Below, one piece after another: positions 51,630-63,853 of a stretch of DNA of 64,000 nt; the first letter of the stretch is position 1, and the number at the start of each line of letters is the position of its first letter. The DNA is from Eledone cirrhosa. Lineage: Eukaryota. The stretch spans positions 329,716,001-329,780,000 of the forward strand of contig OZ024741.1 of assembly GCA_964016885.1 (NCBI GenBank), in the 5' to 3' direction. Both the position numbers and the translations under genes were made by a program. The notes beneath the pieces were generated by a model. The model ran no database searches and was not told the origin of the DNA. It saw nothing but the letters and a program-made list of their open reading frames with translations.

Positions 51630-52324
51630 TATAAAGTGGATAAATACTTCAACAGGTACTATGTACTTGTAGAAATATGCAAGTTGTTTATAATATTTGT
51701 GGTTCAATGGTACTAATTCGAGACACCAGAACAATATAAAAAGTAGCGAAGCAAGCGGTTATCAAACAATTCTCTAAATAAATTAAAAACGATTTAAATA
51801 ATCACCTGTTCTGTTGCTGTTACTGACGGTTTCATCATTCCAAAAGATTGGAAATCCAGAGAATTTCCAATGGAAAGAAATGAATCTTCAGACAGCCTAT
51901 TTCCACATTATAAGGTTGCAAGCCCTACAATAAGTAAATATTTCGCTTCCTGCCCAACGCATGCGGTCAAGCCGTTAAATTGACACACACGCAAAATCAG
52001 GTCGCTGATAATAGCTGTTTATTATAAACATGTTGATATTGCCACTAAAATTAGCAGCATTATTCAACGTTTTGTTCTCTACATAAGGAGAAAAATTATA
52101 AAAGTGGATGAATACTTCAACAGGTACTATGTACTTGTAGAAATATGCAAGTTGTTTATAATATTTGTGGTTCAATGGTACTAATTCGAGACACCAGAAC
52201 AATATAAAAAGTAGCGTATCAAACAATTCTCTAAATAAATTAAAATACGATTTAAATAATCACCTGTTATGTTGCTGTTACCGACGGTTTCATCATTCCA
52301 AAAGATTGGAAATCCAGAGAATTT
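51630..52324 (-). mobile_element. Partial tandem hammerhead-bearing repeat (retrozyme or Penelope pLTR-like), unit 458 nt
   Basis: Direct repeats at about 51630-51864 and 52097-52324, each containing the HHR 3' half. No coding signal. TA flanks. Confidence 0.7.
51816..51896 (-). ncRNA. Type I hammerhead ribozyme with long stem II hairpin
   Basis: GCUGU CUGAAGA U UCAUU...UUGGAAAUU/GAUUUCCAA...AAUGA U GAAAC-CGUCA-GUA^ACAGC. Confidence 0.8.
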
Positions 52325-52534
52325 TATATATATATATATGTATATGTGTGTGTGTATGTATACACCACCACCTGGATTCAACAGCAGACTGGAGTGAAGG
52401 ACACAATCAAGACCATCAAGAAAAGCAAACATGGATGGACTGGCACCCAACAGGAGCAACATTGAATACATCCATCCCCATATCAATGGCCTGTATTGCA
52501 TTGGAAATATTACATAACAACCGTATTACTTAAG

Positions 52535-52624
52535 CTGCTGTCTGATGATGTCATGATGACAGAATGATAATTGTGTGATAATGAGTGATAATTATTAATG
52601 CCACAGAAATATGTATTATGGCAG
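52535..52624 (+). ncRNA. Type I hammerhead ribozyme, extended stem II
   Basis: CUGCUGU CUGAUGA UGU...ACA GAAAU-AUGU-AUU^AUGGCAG, with a 7-bp stem I including two G-U pairs. Confidence 0.65.
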
Positions 52625-52844
52625 ATTATGAAGAAAATGGACTATGCATATCTACATCTTGTCTTCGTGGACTACGAAATAGCATTTGGAAGGATACAGA
52701 TGACGTTGAGCGCTTGAACCTAATTACATCATTATTTACTGATTGGAGTGTTGCATACACAACCCTGGTTAGTCAACATCGTATAACAAAAGCATATATA
52801 TATATTTACATATAACTTTAGAAGAGGTCTATATATATATATAA

Positions 52845-55163
52845 ACACTAATTCCCTCCCCCATGAAGAATGCACCTCCCAACATAGACTGATAATTAGC
52901 GACCTCATAGTCAGGACGAGACGTACTCGACAACAGAAGAGGACTATCCTCAGGAGAAAAATATGAAAGCTAAAGGACCCCACAGCCAGTAATAAATTTA
53001 AAAGCATATTACTTGATGCTTTCGACAGTAAGGAAGAGCATTTAGAGTCGTACAATATAGAGGAACAGTGGGAATTCCTGAAAGCAAACCTGCTGATGGC
53101 GGCAGACGAAGTCTGTGGCTGGAGCAGGCCTATAGGCAGGAGGAGAGTAACGTGGTGGTGGAACAGTAAGGTGGAGGAATCAATTAAGGCCAAAAAGCAG
53201 GTTTGGAAAGTATGGCGGGATGGGGGAATTAGAAAAGACTATCAAGTGGCCAGGAGGGAAGCTAGGAGACAAGTGTACTTCGCAAGAAGGGAAGCAGAGG
53301 AAAGAAAGTTCAAGCATGTTCTACAACGCAAGGAGAATAAATGGGAGAAAGACAGTCTCCCCCACATAGAGGGACCAGCAGTGTTAGTTGAAGGTATTAT
53401 AATAAGTAAGGCAATCAAAGATATGAAGACGGGTAAGGCGGCTGGGCCTACGGAAATAGTTGCTGAAATGCTGAAAGCTTCTGGAACGGTGGGACACACC
53501 ATGGTCACCCGGATAGTAAACCAAGTCATACAGAATGGGGTTGTTCCGAAGGACTGGCGTAGCAGCATCATCATTAACTGCTACAAGGGTAAAGGAGATG
53601 CCCTAGATAGGAGTAACTATAGAGGCATTAAATTAATCTACCAGGTCATGAAGGTCACAGAAAAAGTAATAGCGCAACTAATCAGAGAGAGAATTGATCT
53701 AGATGAAATGCAGTTCGGGTTTGTGTCAGGTAAAAGTACCACAGACGCTCTTTTCATTGTACGACAACTACAGGAGAAGTACCTAGCTAAAAGTAAACCC
53801 CTATATTTAGCTTTTGTCGACTTGGAGAAAGCCTTCGACAGAGTCTCCCGTTCCATTATCTGGTGGGCTCTTAGAAAACTAGGTGTTGATGAATGGCTTG
53901 TGAGAGCTATACAAGCCATGTATAAAGAAACAGTCAGCAAGGTTAGAATTAACAACGAATATAGTGAAGAGTTTAGTGTAAAAGTTGGTGTTCATCAGGG
54001 CTCCGTTCTTAGGCCCCTACTATTTATTATTGCCCTTCAGGCTATAACAGTGGAGTTCAAGACCGGCTGCCCATGGGAACTCCTATATGCAGATGATCTA
54101 ACGCTCATAGCTGAATCAATGGCCGAACTAGAGAAGAAATTCCAAACATGGAAGCATGGCCTAGAATCAAAAGGCCTTAAAATTAACCTGTCTAAGACTA
54201 AAGTTCTAGTTTGTAGGAAGGAAAATAGGGTACCAGTCCCATCCGGGAAATGGCCATGCTCAGTGTGTAGGAAAGGAGTAGGTAGAAAGTCCATTTTATG
54301 TCCCAAATGCAAAGTATCGGTGCATAAAAGATGTAGTGGGATCACAGGTAAGCTATGCATACGAACAGCAATGTTACATGGCAGTGAGACCTGGGCATTG
54401 TGTGCAGAGGATATACGCAGATTGGAGAGGAACGAAGTTTGCATGCTCCGCTGGATGTGTAATAATAATATACGTGAACGGCAAAGCATAAACGAACTAA
54501 GGGAAAAATTAGAAATAAGAGGGATCAGATGTTGTTTACTCGAGAGAAGGCTACGTTGGTATGGTCACGTGATGCGCATGAAAGACGACAGCTGTATAAA
54601 AAAGTGCAGAGCAATAAAAATAGACATTAACCACGGAGTAGGCAGACCCAGAAAAACCTGGGACGACTTGATAAATTCCGACCTCACACACTTACACCTC
54701 TCCAAGACAATGTCACTGGACCGAGATCTTTGGTGCTACACAGTAATACAGAAGATCCGCCTTACCTAAGTACAAAGTGAAACCTACTACAGTCAGTAGG
54801 CACCTCTAACAAAATACACCCCGTCCCACTACCCCCACCCGATCCACACCACCCCTGTCAATGTAAAGTTATGTTGGTACCACAACATCCAGTCCGAAAC
54901 AAATGAGGTCGTGTAGGTGTCACGACAAAAAAAAAAACACAGTCCACGCTGTAATGTGGCCGTGTAGGTAACACGGTAAAAACCTCCCAGTCCACACTGT
55001 AAATGTGGTTGGTGTTAGGAAGGGCATCCAGCCGTAGAAAACCCGCCAGACAGTCCTATGCGAGCAGGACAACCACTCTTGCCTCAAGTGGGAAAACTCC
55101 CGTCCAAACCCATGCAAGTGTGGAAGATGGACGTTAAACGATGATGATGATGATGATGATGAT
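52845..55163 (+). mobile_element. RTE LINE, same young family as 3611-6098, with in-frame internal deletions
   Basis: ORF 53096-54769 is nearly identical to the 3624 ORF but lacks 53-, 3- and 91-codon segments. Same 3' UTR and (GAT)n tail. Confidence 0.93.
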
Positions 55164-55166
55164 ATA

Positions 55167-56545
55167 TATATATTAAATTCATAGGGATATATGTATATAT
55201 TTAGACATAGTCACAGATACCTATATGAGTGTGGCCACCTTTCACGGTGAGCCTCAATGAAAAATTTAATTAAGCAAATAATTATTAATCAGAGCTATAT
55301 ATAAAATTGCAAGTTTGAAGAATTATTAGATAAAAATATCCAGTCTTTCTTCACCCTAGTTCGTAGAAAACAACCAGATGAATAATCATTTAAACGTAGC
55401 TATAAGTTTAAAATGTAACTATGAAAAAATAATAGACAAATGATACTGACTATTTTCTGCAAAGAACAGTCAGATAAAATTTATCTAGTCTTTCCTCTTA
55501 GCCCGTAGAAATTAACTAGATAAATAATCAATTAAACGGAGCTAAATTTAAAATATAAGTTAGAAGAAAAAATGCATTTAAACTTCACCAAAATTCCCCT
55601 AGTCCCGACTACCGATAGTTTCGCTCGTACTTTGTGGATATGTCCGATCTTGGTATTATCCATGAGGCTTAGAGCGTTTCAAGAGACCCCTCAGGTTTGG
55701 ACTAAAATTTCTACAGTGATCGCTGCCAGATATGAATTCAAAAATGGTTAAGAATCATCACGTGGCTAGTGGTCAAAGTAGAAGGTTGTGAATGGTGGCC
55801 AAGTGGCAGGTAGGCTGGCTGCTAGAAAGATCAGCCAGATACCAACTAAAGTTTTACTCTACCGAACGGGAGTATATATTAAATACATAGGGATATATGT
55901 ATATATTTAGACATAGTCACAGATACATATATGAGTGTGGCCACCTTTCACTGTGTGGTTCAATGAAAAATTTAATTAAGCAAATAATTATTAATAAGAG
56001 CTGGTATCTGGCTGCTCTTTCTAGCAGCCAGCCTACCTGCCACCTGGCCACCATTCACAACCTTCTACTTTGACCACTAGCCACGTGATGATTCTTAGCC
56101 ATTTTTGAATTCATATCTGGCAGCGATCACTGTAGAAATTTTAGTCCAAACCTGGGGGGTCTCTTGAAACGCTCTCTAAGCCTCATGGATAATACCAAGA
56201 TCGGACATATCCACAAAGTACGAGCGAAACTATCGGTAGTCGGGACTAGAGGAATTTTGGTGAAGTTTATATACATTTTTTCTTCTAACTTATATTTTAA
56301 ACTTAGCTCCGTTTAATTGATTATTTGTCTAGTTAATTTCTAGGAGGAAAGACTAGATAAATTTTATCTGACTGTTTGTCGCGGAAAATAGTCTGTATCA
56401 TTTGTCTATTATTTCTTCATAGTTACATTTTAAACTTATAGCCCCGTTTAAATGATTATTTATCTAGTTGTTTTTTACGGACTAGGGTGAAGAAAGACTG
56501 GATATATTTTAGCTAATAATTATTCAAACTTTCAATTTTATATAT
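55167..56545. repeat. Composite repeat: direct repeat (55167-55296 / 55873-56002) plus inverted arms of about 550 bp (55296-55847 / 55999-56545)
   Basis: AGTGGCAGGTAGGCTGGCTGCTAGAAAG is mirrored as CTTTCTAGCAGCCAGCCTACCTGCCAC. GACATAGTCACAGATAC...GTGGCCACCTTTCAC is duplicated. Confidence 0.9.
56159..56246 (+). ncRNA. Hammerhead-like fold with non-canonical core (mirror copy on minus 55602-55687)
   Basis: GUCUC [UUGAAAC] GCUC...GAGC GAAAC-UA-UCGG-UA-GUC^GGGAC. Confidence 0.45.
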
Positions 56546-56699
56546 ATATATATATAAGAAGAACAAAGAGGAGGTGTTACATAACAGATTTATTGCTCAA
56601 TCCTGGTTACAAATGTTTCACAAACAGCTGGCTCGGTTACGGGTTGACGCTCCAGACCAGATTATGTAACACTTCCACTCTGTTCTTATTATATATAGT

Positions 56700-56888
56700 C
56701 TGGTGAATTGGCAGTATCGGTAGAGGGTCGGACAACATGCTTTGACGCATAGAGTTACGGCCCTTGCCATTCTGAGTTCAAATTCCCCCGAGGTTAACTT
56801 TGCCTTTCATCCTTACGGGGTCGATAAAATAAAGTACCAGTAATGTACTGAGTAATTGCTGGTCTTGTGCCAATAGTAAAAACAATTA
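56700..56888 (+). mobile_element. SINE family 2 with TSD
   Basis: Flanked by duplicated TTATATATAGTCT (about 56688 and 56887). Confidence 0.85.
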
Positions 56889-57744
56889 TATATAGTCTGC
56901 TCTGAATCAAGTGCTGACTCTCACCAGTTTTCTTCGGACATACTGAACCTTCTGCATATATATATATATATTTGCTGGTGCTACAAGTAAAAGTTCTGCT
57001 TGAAGTCTAATGTAAACACACACACATATATAGTAATAATTATATATAATCTAGAGAAAATTGGCAAATTCTGGTTTGCCAATTGTATGAAATAAGAGAT
57101 ATAATCGTTATAGTAAATTTGGACGCGTTCCTGTGGTTTCAATTATTTGGTCGAGCTGTATTTGTCAATATTTTAACCCAGACATCTTATTGGTGTCTAA
57201 CTACCTAATGTTTTATTTATATTTCTTCATTTGTGGAAGGAAGCTACAGTATGATGAGATCTAATATGAAAAGGCTGAACCTCACAGAGGAGACGTCGAA
57301 GGTATGCCGCAATTGGAGGGAGACTATGTTGAAGAAGACCCGTCCAACCCATGCGAGTATGGTAAAGTGGACGTAAAATGATGAGGAGGATAAATTGAAT
57401 TACCCTTCTTGATTATTCTCAAATTTAATAGTCGCATTCTCCAATAACAGAAGTGTTATTCTTTTTAATTTTATTTTCATTTTCTACAATGATAATATTT
57501 ACTATCTCGATTATATCTGACAACCTTCCATTCTTGAGAATCATAAACATCAATTTTTAGGATCAGTGTTCCTCAGTGCCTACTTTTCGTTACAGCCATA
57601 GGTTGAAATGGCACGATTTTTATGTTCAGTGGTTTATTTGAAATAATGTTAGATTAAAACAATATTTGCACAATATCATATTCGTACAGTTTGTTGCCTG
57701 CGCAAGAAATAAAATTTAATAATAATAATAATTATTAATGTTTC

Positions 57745-58527
57745 TAGAGGATGAACTGGCAGAACCGTTAGAGAATCGGACAATTAAGTCCCTTTACGTT
57801 CAGTGTTCAAATACAGCCGAGGTTAGCTTTGCCTTTCATTCTTATGGGGCTGATGAAAAAAAGTACCAGTAACGTACTAGGTCGATTTAATCGATTTCCC
57901 CCCTACTGCCAAATTGCTGGCCATGTGCCTAAATCAGAAACCATTATTATTTCTAGAGGGAATCGGACAATTACGTCTCCTTATTTTCTGAGTTAAAATC
58001 CAGCTCAGATCAACTTTATCTTTCATCCTTGATAAATAAAATAATCGACCCCCCACCCCATCACCCCAAAAATTGCTGGTCTTGTGCTTAACTTAGGAAC
58101 CAATATCATGAGGCGACAAAGTCTGGGGTTTTGTGGGGCGGGGTCCCTAGAATTAATCTAAAGTGCAGTTCCTGATTGGAGAACCGTTCCTACTTGAGAT
58201 TTGTTATTATTTTGTATTCATGACAATACATTACAATTATTGTTATCCCTTTGTTGATGTTTCCTATGTACACCATATTTTTTACGTCCTTGTATATAGT
58301 CATCCGTGTCTTAGGGCCCTAGTGGCTCATAAAAGAAATTATTATCAAGGGTGATGGATTGGCAATATCGGTATAGCGTCGGACAATATTCTCTGCTGCA
58401 CATAGTTACGTCCCTTTCCGTTTTGAGTTCAAATCTCGCCGAGGTTAGATTTGCCTTTCATCTTTATGAGGTCAATAAAATATAGTACCGATAACACACT
58501 GCGGTCGATTAAATCGACTTCCCCCAC

Positions 58528-58558
<31 letters not shown>

Positions 58559-58770
58559 TTGGCCTTGTGCCTAAATCAAAAACCATTATTATCAGGGGCG
58601 AAAGATTGGCCGTATTAGACAATTCTGAGTTCTAATAGCTCCGAGGTCAACTTTACCTTTCATCCTTTAGGGGTCAATAAAATAAAGTACCAGTCATGTA
58701 CTAGTCTCAATTTAATTGAATTGCCCCCTTCTCCCAATTTGCTGGCCGTTTGCCACTAGAAAAAAATTAT
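57745..58770 (+). mobile_element. Cluster of about 4 SINE family 2 copies
   Basis: Repeated GAGGT.A.CTTT.CCTTTCATC...AAAGTACCAG motif. Confidence 0.7.
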
Positions 58771-60224
58771 TTAATAAAGTAGTCTCGGAGTACTGTTATA
58801 GAGGGGATAGGAATAAATAGGTGGGAAAGGAATTTTTGAAAACATCACCATCATAAACTGAGTAATACTTCACGTAAATTCTGATAAATTCATGCACACT
58901 TTACACACGTTCACTGAGCAGGCATTGACCATTATTTCAAACACATTCAACATATATAATTGAACCATCAATCCCATATACACCACGCACTCACTGTTCA
59001 CACATCTATATCAGTATGCATATAATAGACACGGAAACAAGCTACATATGTGTGTGTGTGTGCAACTATGTATTATTATATACGTATATATAAAACCAAT
59101 ATATTACAGATACAGAGCAACAAACACCGTTAACTAAGACACACACACACAAATACACACGCATATATATTCGTATATAGAAACGAATGCACACACATGC
59201 ATAGATATTATACAATCAATACCCACAAGAGTATGTATACATAATAACAATAAAGACAATTCTATGTAAATATGCATTATATATAAATTACACACATATA
59301 TATATGCATTATATATTATATATACATATATATTATGCATTATATATATATTTCATATTTTAATATATATAACAAAATACAAGTATATTTATGTGCATAT
59401 ATACATATCGATATATAAACATATGTATGTATAATACTTTACCTTAAAGACAAGTCGTTAGTAGAACCTATTATTATTATTCAGTCGATTCTGACTGATA
59501 TGTTTGTTTTGAGGTCCTTGCTATGATAATTGTAGTGTTGTTTAGACAATCCCTTCCTAGTATCAAACGGAGACCCCTCGCGTACACACTAGACCATCTA
59601 TAAAACATTACTTAAATATACACTTGTCAAACACACCAAACAAATAACAAAACACTAGATATAAAAATAAATAAATCATATGGAATCGGTGTAAGTGTAT
59701 CCGGAGTTCCAACTGAAATATTATTCCGCAACTGCAATGCTGCGGGATATTTTTTAATGTCCCCCCCTCCTTTCTCTCTCTATATATATTGATAGATAGA
59801 TAGAGAAAGAAAGAGCGATAGCACGCGCACCATCTGTCTGTGTCTCCCTTGTATAGGTTATTATTCAATCTTTTTATATCCCGAATTCAAAACCCCTGAG
59901 ATCAACTTTACCTTTTATACTTTTAGAGTCGATAAAATTGTCCTAACCTTTCTCCCCAAATTTCTGCTCTTGTACCTATGTTAGAAACAATTTTTGTTTA
60001 TTAGTTACGATTCAACATAGTGCAGGAAGAACTTTACGGTGTCATTCGCTCTTCGAAAGTATCAGCCAAATCTCTCTTAAATTACATTATATTCTCCTTT
60101 ATAACGAAGGATGCATTGGAAAAGGCCATATATTGTCTGAGAAAAAAAAATGGTCGGATAGTCACAGTTGTAATGGTCAGACCTATTTGATTAGAATTGA
60201 TCTGGGGTTAAACAGTAATGACTG

Positions 60225-60310
60225 TATTCGAGAGTCGGCTGAAAGGTTCATAGGCTGACTAAGATACTCTCCTGGAATAACCAAATAAAGTTTATTTGTC
60301 AACATACTCC
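60225..60310 (+). mobile_element. Mariner-type TIR/MITE fragment (partly duplicated at about 60390-60460)
   Basis: TATTCGAGAGTCGGCTGAAAGGTTCATAGGCTGAC resembles mariner TIRs. Confidence 0.4.
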
Positions 60311-60401
60311 TTGGAAAGAAACAATGTAATTATTAATTAGAAGAGTTGAAATTAATGCATGCAAGATTTCACAGTTCTAGCAACACTCCTTCATAGACTG
60401 A

Positions 60402-60653
60402 CCATGATAGAGTCATCGAATGACCAAATGAGGTTTATTTTTTAACAGTCCCTGGAAAGAAACAATGGAGTTAATAATAATTGTTTCTACGTTAGGCACA
60501 AGGCCAGCAATTACCCAGTGTATTACTGGTACTACACTGGGTAATTGCTGGCCTTGTGCCTAACGTAGAAACAATTATTATTAACTCCATTGTTTCTTTC
60601 CAGGGACTGTTAAAAAATAAACCTCATTTGGTCATTCGATGACTCTATCATGG
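60402..60653. repeat. Apparently perfect 121-bp inverted repeat with 10-bp spacer
   Basis: CCATGATAGAGTCATCGAATG...ATTACCCAGTGTA pairs with TACACTGGGTAAT...CATTCGATGACTCTATCATGG. Confidence 0.92.
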
Positions 60654-61961
60654 AGTTAATAATAATAAGAGCATTACCCTCGTATATGTCTGTTAAATCT
60701 TCAATTGCTCTTTGTCATTCTCACTCTTATTAAATAAACATTCAGTTTTAATTTATTTTATTAAAAACAATTTTTTCTATAGTTTTCAGTTGTTCATTTT
60801 GAAATGCGGCATTGATAAAATTAAAAGCGAAATGTTTCCACAAACGGAAATAATAGATTTCTGGAAAAAATCAAAATGTTTATATACATACATATATACA
60901 TTTATATATATAGTATTCACACTTTTAAAATGTATATAATAATGCACGTGGAAAATAAATTAATTTTTTAAATCAACTTGAAGTTAGAATTTGAATCAAA
61001 ATAAAAAATTATTTTAATTTCATTTTTTTCCTATTGAATTAGCAATCGTATTCCAGCTTATCCATTTTATAAAATTGAAATTTCAAACCCAGGCGTTAAA
61101 AAAGAAACGTTAACTGGAAAAGAAAACTTAGTGGTTATTTTTATGTATGTTTATACTTACCTGTCTTTCTATCTACTTTATTTTATCAACCAAGATGAAA
61201 GGCAATGTTGACTCCAGGGAGATTTGAACTCAGAACGTAGAGAGCCGGGACAAAATATTAATTTCTAATTCAAGCTCACGGCCAGCAAATTTGAGCAAAG
61301 GGCAAAGTTGATTAAATCAACCCAGTACTTGGCTGGTACTTTATTTTACCTAACCCAGAAAGATGAAAGGCAAAGTTAACTGTGGCGAGCAATATAGTTG
61401 GATAACATCCATGTGCTTGGCTGGTCAAGCTTGGAGATCCAGCCGGATCAATTGGAGACGGTTGCTTCTGACAGGACCCGCTAGAGGGAGTGTTTGAGGC
61501 CTCTGCCCCCACGACCCTCCCAGGAATAAGCAGGCGAAGAAGAAGGGATTTGTACTCAGCCATTTATTCGATGCTCTACAAATTCTGTCAACTCTTAGCC
61601 GAAACAAATATCGCAAGGCATTTTGTCCTGCTCTCTAATGATTCTGCCAATACAGGAAAGAAAGCGGGTAACTAATTGTGTGCTGGGAGGCGTGCTACAC
61701 TAGTAAGCTGTAACTTAAAATGGTATTTGGGACCATTGAGAGTTCCGTCTTTGCTCTGGACAGAATATCAATGGTGATATATGTACTGCCATGTACTTGA
61801 TTAACAGGGCCAGACTTTCACCTGCTGAAGCCCTACGCTATACGAAATTTGAGGCCCATTTTAAACAATTATACATGAATGCTAATTATAAAGAATATAT
61901 ATATATAGTAAATAAGTCAAATACGTAAAATTTGACTTCGTTTATTATAAACTATAAATTT

Positions 61962-62014
61962 ACTGCTATATATTTCGGTGACAGCCATCATTAGCTGTAA
62001 CCTCTTCGGGCAGT
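61962..62014 (-). ncRNA. Type I hammerhead ribozyme, U4C core variant
   Basis: ACUGC CCGAAGA GGU-U-ACAGCUA-AUGA-UGGCUGU-C-ACC GAAAU-AU-AUA^GCAGU. The element 61908-62142 is TA-flanked. Confidence 0.7.
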
Positions 62015-62205
62015 CCGAATTGGTGTGGAAAAGACAGGTACACATGTTGTTGAGGTGTGTTTCACTCCGTCAATACATCGATATGTCCAGCTCCTGGGTG
62101 TTTTGTTATTCCTCCGAGGAACTGGAATCGAATTTCAGCGTCATATATATATATATATATATTACACAGACACACATACTTACGCATAAGGGTTTTATTC
62201 ACAGT

Positions 62206-62312
62206 GCTGACAATTGTTTCGTTGATCTGGTAGGTCTAGAGCTCGTTAATCACTTGATGTTGCGTCAATCGATCTCTAATACTTTGTTTACAACCAGTCA
62301 ATTCATCGGAGC
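62206..62312 (-). ncRNA. Hammerhead mirror copy (CCGAUGA variant)
   Basis: GCU CCGAUGA AUUGA...UCAAC GAAAC-AAUU-GUC^AGC. Confidence 0.6.
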
Positions 62313-62394
62313 GTGTGGATGTGAGGATAATACGCAAGGCATGGCTTTTATAGAAGAGTGGTGCATGCCTTGCGTATTATCTTCACATCCACAC

Positions 62395-62484
62395 GCTCTG
62401 ATGAATTGACTGGTTGTAAACAAAGTATTGGAGATCGATTGATGCAACATCTAGACCTACCAAATCAACGAAACAATTGTCAGC
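62395..62484 (+). ncRNA. Type I hammerhead ribozyme, extended stem II
   Basis: GCU CUGAUGA AUUGA...UCAAC GAAAC-AAUU-GUC^AGC, with palindromic stem III (ACAAUUGU). Confidence 0.8.
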
Positions 62485-62553
62485 ACTGTGAATAAAGCCC
62501 TTATTGTAAAGCCAACCACGTTACTCTTCTTTCTTGAAATATATATATATATA

Positions 62554-62901
62554 TCATCATCATCATCATCATCATCATTTTATGTCCACTTTTCCCTGCT
62601 TGCAAGGGTGGGACGGGAACTGATTCTGGCTTGATTTCTACAGCTGGATGCCCTTCCTAACACCAACCTCATTTACAGTGAGTGCTGGGTGCTTTTTTTG
62701 CTGTGGCACCTCCACGACCACTTTGCAGTGGAATGATAGGGACCCCATTCCCTATCATCTCATTTCTACAGCTGAGTAAACTGGAGCAATGTGAAATAAA
62801 GTGTCTTGCTCAAGGAAACAACACATCACCCGGTCTGAGAATTGAACTCACAACCTTTCGATTGCAAGGCCAATGCTCTAACCACTAAGCCATGTGCCTC
62901 C
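62554..62901 (-). mobile_element. SINE family 1
   Basis: Near-identical to 368-706. Confidence 0.85.
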
Positions 62902-62906
62902 ATTAT

Positions 62907-62942
<36 letters not shown>

Positions 62943-62943
62943 G

Positions 62944-63028
<85 letters not shown>

Positions 63029-63162
63029 GTAGATAAATCTACCAAGAGTTTACGGTAGTGTCCAATCCGTATGAAGAACTCAATGTATTCCAGATATCAT
63101 GGAAAGAAGAGATGTAATGAAAATCCACTTTCGGTGAAAGATAAACGGTATACAGAGTCAAG

Positions 63163-63853
<691 letters not shown>

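Larger units (their letters stand above)
62186..62504. repeat. Long inverted repeat (arms 62186-62343 and 62364-62504) with a hammerhead in each arm
   Basis: TTTATTCACAGTGCTGACAATTGTTTCGTTGA pairs with TCAACGAAACAATTGTCAGCACTGTGAATAAA. Confidence 0.9.

Noticed and set aside
61152-61165. Strong minus-strand donor CAG|GTAAGT as an upstream exon of the zinc-finger gene
   Set aside because: A single motif beside a SINE, unsupported without transcript data.
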